Shown here: piece by piece, positions 8,224 through 17,449 of the stretch
Layout of the letters: every line of letters begins with the position of its first letter
How positions within the stretch are numbered: the stretch's first letter is position 1
Origin: an uncultured delta proteobacterium
Lineage (GTDB): Bacteria; Myxococcota; Myxococcia; Myxococcales; Anaeromyxobacteraceae
NCBI GenBank assembly: GCA_963766715.1
Contig: CAVYBH010000014.1
Location: forward strand, 65,994-129,993
Direction: 5' to 3'
Length of the DNA: 64,000 bases
The notes under the pieces: model-generated
The model's database searches: none
What the model was told of the DNA's origin: nothing
What the model saw: the letters and a program-made list of their open reading frames with translations, nothing else
Position numbers and translations under genes: made by a program

Positions 8224-11200
8224 TCAGACCCAGCGCATTCCCCCGTCGGCCGTGAAGAGCAGCCCGCATCTCACCGCGCCTGCCCTTGCGACGCCCAGCT
8301 CGACCAGGATTCGCCCGTAGCTCCGCACCTGCTCGACGTAGGCGGGGTGCGTTTCGCGGACGTCGCCGGTGGGCGGGCTGTCGGTCTTGAAGTCCACCAC
8401 GCTCACCTGTCCATCCCGGGCGCCCAAGAGGTCGACGTAACCCTGGAGCAGCAGTCCGTCCCGACCCAGCGCGACGGGGTACTCCAGCCGGAGGTCTTCC
8501 CCTGGGACGCGCCGCATCCCTGCTGCCTCGAGCGCGGAGAGGGCCCGGGTCACGTCGTCGGCCGCCTCGGCGTGGCGCTCGGCCAGCCCGGTCTCCCGCA
8601 CCACCCGCGCGACCGCCCGGGCGGCGTCCAGTCCCGGCTCCCGGAGGCAGAGGCCGATCGCCCGGTGGACGGTGTCGCCGAAGACGCGGCCGAAGCGGCT
8701 CTCCCGCAGCCGGGGGCGCTCTCCGGCCCGCCCCTCGCCCTCGGACTCGGCGTCGACCCGCTCGTGGGCCTCGGTGGAGACACCCTTCGGCACGAAGCGC
8801 GGCGTCCCCGATCCGGCCGACGCCGAATCCCATTCCTTCCCGACTCGCCTCGACGGCTCGGCGACCTCCCGGGGGAGCCGTGCCGGTGGAGCCTCCACGT
8901 CCGTGGCCCAGGCGGGAGCGGCGTCGTCGGTCCACTCCTCGAGGACGTCGAGGGCAGGGGAGGAAGTTCCGACGAGGGCCGGGGTCACGAGCCCGGACTT
9001 GCCCGTGGTGACCACCGGCAGGACGAGGAGCTCGCGGGCCCGCGTCGCCGCGACGTAGACGAGGCGCCTGCGCTCGGCGGCCGCGTAGGCCTCCTCGCGC
9101 CCGAGGAAGCCGCTCTCCTCGGGCTCCTGCCAGGAGAGGCCGTCGATGTCGAGTGCCCACGCACTCCCGGTGCGCTCCACGAACCAGTGGGTCTGTCCCT
9201 TGCGCGGGGCGAAGCGGGCGTGCGCGTCCCACCAGGCCACGACCGGGAACTCGAGCCCCTTGGCCTGGTGGATCGACATGATCTGCACGGCCTCGGCGCC
9301 CACCGGGCGTGGGGGATCGAGGCCGACCGGATCCAGGGCCCAGGCCCGCAGGTGTGAGGTGACGCCGTCGAAGTCGAGCCCCTCCGCTGCGGCGATCCGT
9401 TCCAGCTCGAAGCACAGCTCACGCAGGCGCTCCAGCCGCTGCGAGCCGTTCGGTCCGAAGGCGACGGCGCGCCCGATTCCGGTGCGCTCGAGGAGGTCGC
9501 GCGCGGTCTCCCCGGGAGTCCGCTCGAACCGGCGCCGGCGCAGCTCCCCGACCAGCGCCTGGGCGGCGCGGGCCCGCTCGATGCCGGGGTCTCCCGGTCC
9601 GTCCCCGGCCGCCCCGGCCCGGACCAGGTCGGCCAGGTCCACGGCGAAGAAAGGCTCGCGGAGGAGCGCGGCCGTGGCGACGCCGTCCCGCGCGTCGGCG
9701 AGGGCCCGCAGGGCGAGCAGGAACTGCCGGTGAATAGGGTCCTGGAGGAAGAGGCTCGCTCCGCGGGCCGTCCACGGAACCCCGAGCCGGTCGAGCTCGT
9801 CGGTGAGCAGGCCCAGGTTGGTGGTGACGTGGGCGAGGATGGCGACGTCCCCGTAGCGGAATCCCCGCGCCTCGAGCGTCCGGAGCCACGTGGCGAGCAC
9901 GGTGGCCTCCCTCGCCCGGTCGGGCCCCACCTTCTCGTCCTCGGTCGAGAAGGGCAGGACCACGACGCAGGCCGTCCGATCGCCTTCGCGCCCGGCGTCG
10001 AGGGGCCGATTCACGACCGTGCCCGCGTCCGGATCGAAGTCGCCCTTCCCTGGCTGGGCGCGCCCCAGGATGTCGTCGAACCGGGCGTTCAGGTGGGCGA
10101 TGAGGGCGGGCTGTGAGCGGAAGTTGGCCGTGAGGGCGACCGCCAGGTGGCTGCCCTTCAGGACGATGGCGCGAACCGCGTCGTACACGGAGATGTCGGC
10201 CCGACGGAACCGGTAGATCGACTGCTTGGGGTCGCCGACCAGGGTCAGCTTCCCGGGGGCGAGCCGGACGTCGCCCCACTGCCCGGCCGCGGCGCCCTCT
10301 TCGCAGAGGTAGAGGACGATCTCGGCCTGCAGGGGATCGGTGTCCTGGAACTCGTCCACGAACACGTGGTCGAAGAGCGACTGCATCTCCAGCCGGACCT
10401 CCCGGCTGGACCGGAGCAGGTCCCGCAGGCACAGGAGGAGGTCGACCTGGTCCACCGCGCGGTGACGCGCCTTCACCTTCTCGTAGGTCGCCACCACGGC
10501 GGGGAACGTGCGGACGAGCCGCGTGGCCATCCAGCGGTGGAGGGGACCGGTGATGCGTTCCTCGTAGGTGGGCTCGCTGCCCGGCTTGCCCCAGGCCTTC
10601 CAGGCCGCCCATCCGTCCGCGTCGTCCGGGAAGTCCCTGCGCATCTGGAGATCCGCGGGGCGCGGCGCCGACCGGACGAACCGGGCCACCTCCCGGTACA
10701 GGGTGACGGGGTCGGACGCGGTGACGAGGGGCTCGAGTTGGCGCACGGCGCGCCTCATCCAGTCCGGACCCTTCCCCGTGCCGGTGGACGCGCGGGCCAG
10801 CGCGACGAATTCCTCGATGGCCTGGCCGACGCGCGCGGCCGGGAACGGCGCCGGCGGCCCGTCGGCCGGGGGCACGTCGCGGTGCAGGATGAAGCCATCG
10901 AAGAGCGCGTCCAGGCCGTGACGATCCCTCCAGGCGGTCTCCTTCGTCTCGGCGCGGACCTCGGCGGCGAGGGCGATCCGGATGTACTCCTGGGCCTCCT
11001 TCGCCCGCTCGGGTGGACAGGTGGTCCCGGCCAGCTCCTCGACGAGCCGACCGGCCTCGGAGGCCTGGAGCAGGATCTCGAAGGTCTCGTAGGTGAGCGC
11101 GGAGGCGTCCTCCACGATCTCGTAGGAGGGGCTCAGCCGGGCCTCGACCGGGCGCCGCCGGAGCAGCCGGTCCGCGAAGCCGTGGATCGTCCCGATGAAG

Positions 11201-11523
11201 GCGGTGTCCGCGGCGGAGAGCGCGAGCGCGAGCCGCTCCCGCCGGCGCGTCGAGGGCGCCCCGGCCAGCTCGGAGAGGAGCTTCTCGCGCACGCGGAGCT
11301 TCAGCTCGCCGGCGGCCTTGCGGGTGAAGGTCACCGCCGCGATGCGCTCGAGCGGGACGGCGTCCTGCGAGTCGTCGGACGGCGCCACCATCTCGACGAG
11401 CCGCGCGACGAGGAGCGTGGTCTTCCCGGTTCCCGCACCGGCGTCCACCAGGACGTTCACGCCGCGTGACTGGATGGCGGCGTCGCGCTGCGCCTGGTCC
11501 GGAGCCGGCCGTCGAGCGCTCAT
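8224..11523 (-). CDS. addA: AddA/UvrD-like SF1 helicase with C-terminal RecB-family nuclease
   Basis: Helicase motifs AGAGTGKT, TFTRKAAGEL, VDEFQDT, VGDPKQSIYRFRRAD, NFRS, SIHQAKGLEF and ERRRLVYVAATRA. Nuclease motifs G-x-x-VH, GYVDLL, VVDFKT and Q-x-x-x-Y. Own start ATG 11523 after GAGGAGG. Confidence 0.9.
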   Translation of the reverse strand: MSARRPAPDQAQRDAAIQSRGVNVLVDAGAGTGKTTLLVARLVEMVAPSDDSQDAVPLERIAAVTFTRKAAGELKLRVREKLLSELAGAPSTRRRERLALALSAADTAFIGTIHGFADRLLRRRPVEARLSPSYEIVEDASALTYETFEILLQASEAGRLVEELAGTTCPPERAKEAQEYIRIALAAEVRAETKETAWRDRHGLDALFDGFILHRDVPPADGPPAPFPAARVGQAIEEFVALARASTGTGKGPDWMRRAVRQLEPLVTASDPVTLYREVARFVRSAPRPADLQMRRDFPDDADGWAAWKAWGKPGSEPTYEERITGPLHRWMATRLVRTFPAVVATYEKVKARHRAVDQVDLLLCLRDLLRSSREVRLEMQSLFDHVFVDEFQDTDPLQAEIVLYLCEEGAAAGQWGDVRLAPGKLTLVGDPKQSIYRFRRADISVYDAVRAIVLKGSHLAVALTANFRSQPALIAHLNARFDDILGRAQPGKGDFDPDAGTVVNRPLDAGREGDRTACVVVLPFSTEDEKVGPDRAREATVLATWLRTLEARGFRYGDVAILAHVTTNLGLLTDELDRLGVPWTARGASLFLQDPIHRQFLLALRALADARDGVATAALLREPFFAVDLADLVRAGAAGDGPGDPGIERARAAQALVGELRRRRFERTPGETARDLLERTGIGRAVAFGPNGSQRLERLRELCFELERIAAAEGLDFDGVTSHLRAWALDPVGLDPPRPVGAEAVQIMSIHQAKGLEFPVVAWWDAHARFAPRKGQTHWFVERTGSAWALDIDGLSWQEPEESGFLGREEAYAAAERRRLVYVAATRARELLVLPVVTTGKSGLVTPALVGTSSPALDVLEEWTDDAAPAWATDVEAPPARLPREVAEPSRRVGKEWDSASAGSGTPRFVPKGVSTEAHERVDAESEGEGRAGERPRLRESRFGRVFGDTVHRAIGLCLREPGLDAARAVARVVRETGLAERHAEAADDVTRALSALEAAGMRRVPGEDLRLEYPVALGRDGLLLQGYVDLLGARDGQVSVVDFKTDSPPTGDVRETHPAYVEQVRSYGRILVELGVARAGAVRCGLLFTADGGMRWV

Positions 11524-14500
11524 TCCTCCTCCTCCTTCGCCTGCTTCGTCGCGAAGAAGGCCGCCACGGCTCCCTCCGCCTGGTCCGCGCCGGCGGACGC
11601 CCCTCTCGCGGACCGGCGCGCCGCAGACCGGAGCGAAGCAGCAGTAGTCGCAGTCCTCCGCCCGCGAGGTGGGCGGGAAGGCGTGCTCGGAGAGGAGCCC
11701 GGCCGCGACGGAGAGCCAGCCCTTCGCCGCCGCGTCGAGCTGGGCGTGGTCGCCGCGGAACGCCCGCTCCGAAGGGCCGCTGGCGTAGACGTAGGCGGCC
11801 TGGACCTTCCTCGGGAGGCCCCATTCCGCGGCCATCTTCCTCGCCACCAGGCCGTACAGGCCGAGCTGGACGTCGCGCACCGGGGTCGGGCCCGCCTCCT
11901 CGCCCGTGCGCGGGTGCTCCCGGCCGGTCTTGAGGTCGCGGACCAGCGCGTGATCGCCCTCGACGTCGAGCCGGTCGATGTAGCCGCGGACGTGGAGGGG
12001 CGTCCCGCCCGCGTCGAGGACCACGCCGGAGAAGGCGCGCTCCACGCCCACGAAGCGGGAGAGCCGGAGGCCCGCGTCGTAGTCGAGGAAGGCCTCCAGG
12101 TCGCGCACCAGCCTGGCCCGCTCCTTGTCGAGGACTCCCTTGCCCACGAGTGGATACCCGCCGCAGAGCCTGTCGAAGGAGTCGTCGGCGAACGTCCTCA
12201 GGACCCTCTTCCAGTGGGCCAGGTCCTTCTTCCCGGAGACGAAGGCCTCGCCGTGCGCGGCGTAGAAGTGCTCGGCCGCCTCGTGGAACATGCTGCCGTA
12301 GGAGAGCGCATCGATCTCGCGGATCGAGGGCGCACCGTCCGGTTCCTTCCAGCCCAGCACCCGCTCGCGGAGGAAGCGAAGCGGACAGGTGAGGAGCCGC
12401 TCCAGAGCCGACGCCGAGATCGGGTGCTCCGGGTCGAGCCCAGGGAAGCCGGGGAGCGGGCCGTCGTCCCCCAGGATCCCGTCGGCCGGCCCGAGATCGT
12501 CCCGGCTGCGCAGCGAGAGGATGGAGCCGATGTCGAGGCATGCCGCGCCGACCCAGGCAGGAGGCACCTCGCCCGTCGCGGCCGCCCGGTCGAGCCACTG
12601 GGCCTGCGAGACCGGGTTCGCGCTCCGGAACGCCAGCGCGGCCTCGCGAGCGGGCTCGAAGGACGTCCGCTGGAGCGAGGCCAGGTCGGGTATCGCCTCC
12701 AGCCGCTGCGCGTCGGGGCGCCCCAGCGCGGCGCCCACCTCGACCAGCAGGGACGAGATCTCCCGGTCGCTCCGCTCGGCGTCCGCGTGCGGGACCGAGA
12801 GCGCGATTCGCGCGGTGGCTCCGCGCAGCGCCCGATCGAACGAGTGGAGCTGGGCCAGGACCCGGTCGCCCGAGACGGGGACCAGGATCCCCGCCTCTCC
12901 CCGCATGCGGTCGGGCAGTACCGGGTCCTCCCGGACCGCCGAGGGGAGCGCCCCCTCGCAGAGGCCGACGATGCGGACGGCCTGGAACTCGAGGCCCGCC
13001 GCGGATGCGACGGTGCCCACATAGACCGCCGGCTGGCCGAAGCGGACGGTGCCGAGGCGGAGCGACCCGAGTTGCTCCTCGATGAAGGACATCGCGCCGG
13101 CGCCGCGGACCGTCGAGGCGACCGCGTCGGTCGTGACGCGCTCCAGGGTCTCGCCGAGCAACGTCCGGACGGCCGCGCCCTTCCCGGGGAGGCGCACCCA
13201 GGTCTCCAGGAAGCCGGTGAGCGCCGGGGCGATCTCGGCGAGGGGGCGCGCCTCGACGACCTGCCTCGCCAGGCACACCAGCGCGTCGATCGCAGGGCGC
13301 GCCGCACGGAGCGAGTCGAGGAGGGGTCGCAACTTCCACCCCTCCCGTGCCTCGGCCTCCTCGTCCAGCTCCTCGACCATCCTCGCCAGCTGGGCCTCGC
13401 GGGCCGCGACCCGCGGCGACCATTCGAGGGCGCCCTCGGGACGGGCGGAGCTCCCGCCCGCGGTGCCCACCCCCCACGCGATGGCGAGGGCGGTGCCGGG
13501 CGCGAGGCGGTCGCGGTCGCCGACCTTCACCTCCAGGCAGGGCAGGAGGTCGCTCATCGACCCGGCTGGAAGGAAGGCACCGAGTGCACGGACGACAGCC
13601 AGGACGCGCGCGCCCGCCGCGGTGGCCACGAGCGGGAGTCCCCCGGCGACGTGGACCGGGAACTCGCCGGCCGGCCAGGGCAAGCGCGAGATGCGGCTCG
13701 CGAGCATGGGAGCGAGGGGGTGCTGGTGCGGGACGAGGACCGCCACGTCCTCGAGCGGCGTCCTGTGCGAGAGGACCTCCCGCGACACCCACTCGGCCGC
13801 GGCCTCCACCTCGGTCTCGACCCCTGCGTACTCCTCGAGGGTCACGGTGCCGTCGGCTCCCCGGCTGCGCGGCCGGGAAGGGTCGGCGAGCGTCTGGGGG
13901 GCGCGAAGATGTACCGGCACAGGAGGTCGCGCTCCGTGGCGGTGGCGCCCGGCGGAGGTGCCTCCTCGAGGGCGGCCCGGGCCTCCGGGCCGAAGAGGGC
14001 CTCGAGGCGCTCGAGGTGGCGGGGGCGGATGGGGCGCGCGGCGAAGAGCGCGAAGCGTGGCCCCGGGCAGGGAACGCAGGAACCGGGCCTCGGCGGCCGT
14101 TTCACGTCCCGTCACGGTGACCAACGTCGGGCCCGTCGCCGGGCGAGCACCGCCCCGCAGGGCCTCGGCGGCCAGGAGGAAGATGCGCGCGCCGGTGGCG
14201 CTCCGGCCCGCGGCGGCGTCGAGGCGGCGCCAGAGCAGGCTCACGTCGCGCCATTGCGAAGACGTCCGGGGGAGCCCGTCGGGAGAGAGCCCCGCGCCTT
14301 CGAGGTCGCCGATGGCGGCGGCGAAGGCGTCCGGCCAGCCCTGCGTGTTTCGCAGGAGCTGCAGGTCGAAGTACTCCAGGGGAAGCTCATCCTGGAAGAG
14401 CCCGAGGAGGCGGGCCGCCCGGAGCGACTCCTCGCCCGGAAGGAGATCGCTGCCGGCCTCCGCCAGGATCTCCTGGGCCAGGGTCAGCGGGCCGACGAAG

Positions 14501-14679
14501 CGGGTGCCCGCCAGGGCGGCCGGGCGTCCGGAGCGGAGGAGGGCCCGGCGGAGGGAGTGGGCGTGGCGCTCGGAGGGGACGAGAGCCGTCCGGATGGGAA
14601 GGGCTCCCGACGCGGCGAGCGCGGCCACGGCCGAGGCCTGGTCGGAGAGCGAGTGGAAGATTGACCAGGAAGTGCCCAT
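11520..14679 (-). CDS. addB: AddB-like protein: inactive helicase-like N-terminus plus PD-(D/E)XK nuclease with 4Fe-4S Cys staple (frameshifts ~14050, ~13900, ~11600)
   Basis: ISASALERLLTCPLRF, GYIDRLD, RDLKTG, QLGLY and CDYCCFAPVC are present. The corrected C-terminus FFATKQAKEEEE* overlaps the addA start (ATGA). Confidence 0.85.
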
Positions 14680-14689
14680 ACGGGCACGC

Positions 14690-14710
14690 ACTCTACCGGT
14701 CGGACGGACT
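14690..14710 (-). promoter_or_regulatory. Putative WYL-activated promoter AGTCCGT-N8-TAGAGT
   Basis: Lies in the 30-bp gap before addB, with the hexamer 10 nt before ATG 14679. Confidence 0.5.
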
Positions 14711-14946
14711 CACGTCCCGCATGCGTCGCGGGCCATCGCCACCGCCGTCCGGGCCGTGCCCGGATCCTGCGGGTCGAGCGACGAGATTGACTGGAGCGCA
14801 CGCCGCAGCTCGAGCAAGGCCTGCCGGGCAAGGTCGGGCTCGCGAACCGGGTGCGCCGCCGCGTGGCCCGCTCGCTGGGTTCCGAGCGATCTCTCCAGCG
14901 CGGCGAGCCTCTCGAAGACGAAGAGCGGGTCTGGGCGATTCCTCAC
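14710..14946 (-). CDS. Small helical hypothetical protein (~78 aa)
   Basis: The GTG start overlaps the stop of the PilZ-like gene (GTGA). Sequence VRNRPDPLFVFERLAALER...AMARDACGT*. Confidence 0.5.
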   Translation of the reverse strand: MRNRPDPLFVFERLAALERSLGTQRAGHAAAHPVREPDLARQALLELRRALQSISSLDPQDPGTARTAVAMARDACGT

Positions 14947-15512
14947 CCCCCGACCTCCACCCCGGTGACCAGGGTGCGGGCCGAGGAGAGCGCCGCGAGG
15001 TAGCGGTCCTCCTCCGGAGCGGGGACGAGGTCCTCCGGCGACGCGCGCACCGCGGCGAGGAAGTGATCCCGTGCGTCGAGGACGTGGCGCAGGGCGTCGT
15101 AGATTTCCTGCGCGCGCGCGACCCGGGAGTCCGCGCGGAAAGGCTCCGGCGCCGGAGCGATTGCCGGGGCCAGGGTCGGGTGCGGCGGCCGCAGGACGAC
15201 CTCCAGCCGGGCCAGATCGGAGAGGTCCATGCGAGCGATGCCGAGGCCGACGTCGAACCGGGCCGGGCTCCCCTCCGGGAGCGCGTCGCACCAGCTCACC
15301 CGGACGACGGCACTCACCGTCGAGTGGTCGGGGAGGAGCACGTCGACCTCCAGGACGTCGCCCCGGCGGAATGGCTGGTCGGTGTAGGTGAGGAAGCCCT
15401 TGTCGGGGTCGGGGACGCCTTCGCGCAGGAGGCCGTGCGCGAGCCTCGAGGTCGGCCGGTGCAGCATGGGCGCGAAGATGCGAGGGAAGCGGGGGTGTGC
15501 GGTCGGTGCCAT
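14943..15512 (-). CDS. Degenerate PilZ-like domain protein with helical C-terminus
   Basis: PRFPRI...FRRGDVLEVDVLLPD...VVRVSWC...ARFDVGL resembles myxobacterial PilZ barrels. The D/N-x-S-x-x-G motif is not conserved. Confidence 0.55.
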   Translation of the reverse strand: MAPTAHPRFPRIFAPMLHRPTSRLAHGLLREGVPDPDKGFLTYTDQPFRRGDVLEVDVLLPDHSTVSAVVRVSWCDALPEGSPARFDVGLGIARMDLSDLARLEVVLRPPHPTLAPAIAPAPEPFRADSRVARAQEIYDALRHVLDARDHFLAAVRASPEDLVPAPEEDRYLAALSSARTLVTGVEVGG

Positions 15513-15690
15513 CGGCTTGCAGCGTTAGCAAGCTCCACACCAGGGAATGACCCCACCAGTCTTGGGGATTTCCGGCCCGGGGCCGAGGGGTCGAACTCGC
15601 CCCTGGGTGGCCGCCGATCCTGCCGGAACCTTTGAGATTCTCTCATGTCTGGCCTTGTACGGACGGCGGGGGCAAGCGATCCTCCGCCGC

Positions 15691-16740
15691 GTGAGTGCGC
15701 CCCCGGTCCCCCGCGATCGCCCCCTCGTGACGGCCGTGGTGGCGGCCCACGATGCCGAGCGGCACGTCGGCCGCGCACTCGCATCGCTGTCCGCGCAGAC
15801 GGTCGACGACCTCGAGATCGTCGTGGTGGACGACGGCTCGAGGGACGGCACCGCATCGGTGGTGGAGCGCATGGCGCGGGAGGACGCGCGGATCCGGCTC
15901 GTCCGGCTCGGCCAGAACCGCGGGCAGGCCGCGGCGCTCGACGCCGGGGTGGAATGCGCGCGCGGGCGTTTCGTCGCGCTCCTCGACGCCGACGACGAGG
16001 CGATGCCCACGCGGCTCGAGCTGCAGGTGGCTGCGTTCGACAGGGACCCCGGGCTCGTCCTGGTCGGCGGCGCCGTCGTTCCCTTCTGCGACCGGCACGG
16101 CGTGGAGGGGCCGTCCTGGCGCTACGCGGAGGAGGACGGACCCGTTCGCGTCCGGACCCTCTTCAAGTCGGAGGTCATCTCGGGGGCCATCACCCTGGAC
16201 CGGGAGCGGATGACCGGGCACGGCCTTCGTTTCGACCGGACCCTGCGGCTCGGGGTGGACTGGGCGATGTCGTTCGCGGCGATGCAGGTGGGACGGGTCG
16301 GCAACGTCGGACCGGTGGTGATGCGCTACCGCATCCACCCCGGCCAGATGACCACCGGCATGCTCGACGACCTGGGCTCGGACAGCACCCGGATCCGGCG
16401 GGGCGTGCTCGCGTGGCTGGGCGTCCAGCCCACCGACGAGGAGATGCGAATCCACCTGGCCATCAGCCCGTGCAACTACTGGCCCTTCGGGTCGCACCCG
16501 TTCTTCCGGCGACGCCGCGTCTCGGTCCTCGGCGACGCGGTGCGATGGCTGGCGCGCCTCTCGGACGCGGCGGTCCGGACCGGGCGCGTGCCCGCGGCGG
16601 CGATGCGGGAGTATGCCGAGGAGATCGTCGCGCTCGTCGAGGGGGCGCTCGAGGAGCCGGAAGGAGAGCCGGTCGTCGCCCCCAGGTACTGCCCGGTCGC
16701 GACCCCGCTTCCCTGCGTCGTGGACGAGGCGTGCCGGTAG
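15691..16740 (+). CDS. Glycosyltransferase family 2
   Basis: PLVTAVVAAHDAE...VVVDDGSRDGT...GRFVALLDADD...RLELQ. GTG start chosen at 15691. Confidence 0.85.
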   Translation: MSAPPVPRDRPLVTAVVAAHDAERHVGRALASLSAQTVDDLEIVVVDDGSRDGTASVVERMAREDARIRLVRLGQNRGQAAALDAGVECARGRFVALLDADDEAMPTRLELQVAAFDRDPGLVLVGGAVVPFCDRHGVEGPSWRYAEEDGPVRVRTLFKSEVISGAITLDRERMTGHGLRFDRTLRLGVDWAMSFAAMQVGRVGNVGPVVMRYRIHPGQMTTGMLDDLGSDSTRIRRGVLAWLGVQPTDEEMRIHLAISPCNYWPFGSHPFFRRRRVSVLGDAVRWLARLSDAAVRTGRVPAAAMREYAEEIVALVEGALEEPEGEPVVAPRYCPVATPLPCVVDEACR

Positions 16741-16756
16741 GCACGGAGGCAGGACG

Positions 16757-17020
16757 TCAGCCGAGCTTCTTCACGAGCTCGCCGACCAGGGTCACGTAGC
16801 GGGACTGCGCCTCCGCCGGCGCGACGCCCTTGCGGGAGGTCCAGGCGTCGAACTTGGCCCGCCCCTTCGGATCGAGGAGACCCGGCCGGCTTCCCTTCAC
16901 GTCGCCCTCGGTGCCCTGCTTGTAGAGCCCGTACAGCTCGAGCAGCTCCGCGTTGGAGGGGCGCTTCGAGAGCTTCTTCACCCGCTCCTGCGCTTCCGCG
17001 AATGCGTCCTTGGCCGCCAT
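16757..17020 (-). CDS. Acyl-CoA-binding protein (ACBP family)
   Basis: RPSNAELLELYGLYKQGTEGDV...RAKFDAW...AQSRYV. Confidence 0.9.
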   Translation of the reverse strand: MAAKDAFAEAQERVKKLSKRPSNAELLELYGLYKQGTEGDVKGSRPGLLDPKGRAKFDAWTSRKGVAPAEAQSRYVTLVGELVKKLG

Positions 17021-17067
17021 GGCGTCCTCCCGTGGGCTGCTCTTACAATGCGCGATCGGAGGATGCC

Positions 17068-17440
17068 ATGTTCCGGACCAAGCGAGCCTACGAGCCGGCC
17101 GGGGCGGAGGACGGCTACCGGGTTCTCGTCGAGCGCCTGTGGCCCCGCGGGCTCACCAAGGAGCGCGCCGCGCTCGACCACTGGGCGAAGGAGGTCGCAC
17201 CGAGCCCGGCGCTCCGCACCTGGTACGCGCACGACCCGGAGCGCTTCGAGGCCTTCGCCGTCCGCTACCGCAAGGAGCTGGCGGCGCCCGCGGCGCAGGC
17301 GGTCCTCGCCGATCTCCGCCGGCGCGGGGCGCGGGGCGCGGTCACGCTCGTGTACGCGGCGCGCGACGAGGAGCACAACAGCGCGGTCCTCCTGCTGCGC
17401 GAGCTGACGCGCCGTCGCCGGCCGGCCTCGCGAGCGCTGA
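17068..17440 (+). CDS. DUF488/YeaO family protein (end approximate)
   Basis: KRAYEPA...DGYRVLVERLWPRGLTKE...APSPALRTWY...TLVYAARDEEHNSA, with GGAGG RBS. Confidence 0.85.
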
Positions 17441-17449
17441 CGCCGCGGA

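Noticed and set aside
11520..12420. Cas4 gene suggesting a CRISPR system
   Set aside because: The four-Cys PD-(D/E)XK domain is the C-terminus of an AddB-like protein. There are no cas1/cas2 genes or array in the window.
11683..14664. Long antisense or alternate-frame ORFs (also 7-1446, 9419-13792, 39335-44071, 53870-56674)
   Set aside because: These are shadow ORFs typical of high-GC DNA. They are Arg/Gly/Pro-rich, have no domain motifs, and overlap well-supported genes.
8224..14691. Apparent 2155-aa AddB-AddA fusion in the ORF track
   Set aside because: A single indel near 11600 explains it. The alternative frame gives a natural AddB end (FFATKQAKEEEE*) overlapping an AddA ATG with a GAGGAGG RBS.
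1680..15512. Mobile genomic island boundaries around the WYL/AddAB locus
   Set aside because: I saw no integrase, transposase, tRNA or flanking direct repeats, and base composition looks similar to the flanks by eye.
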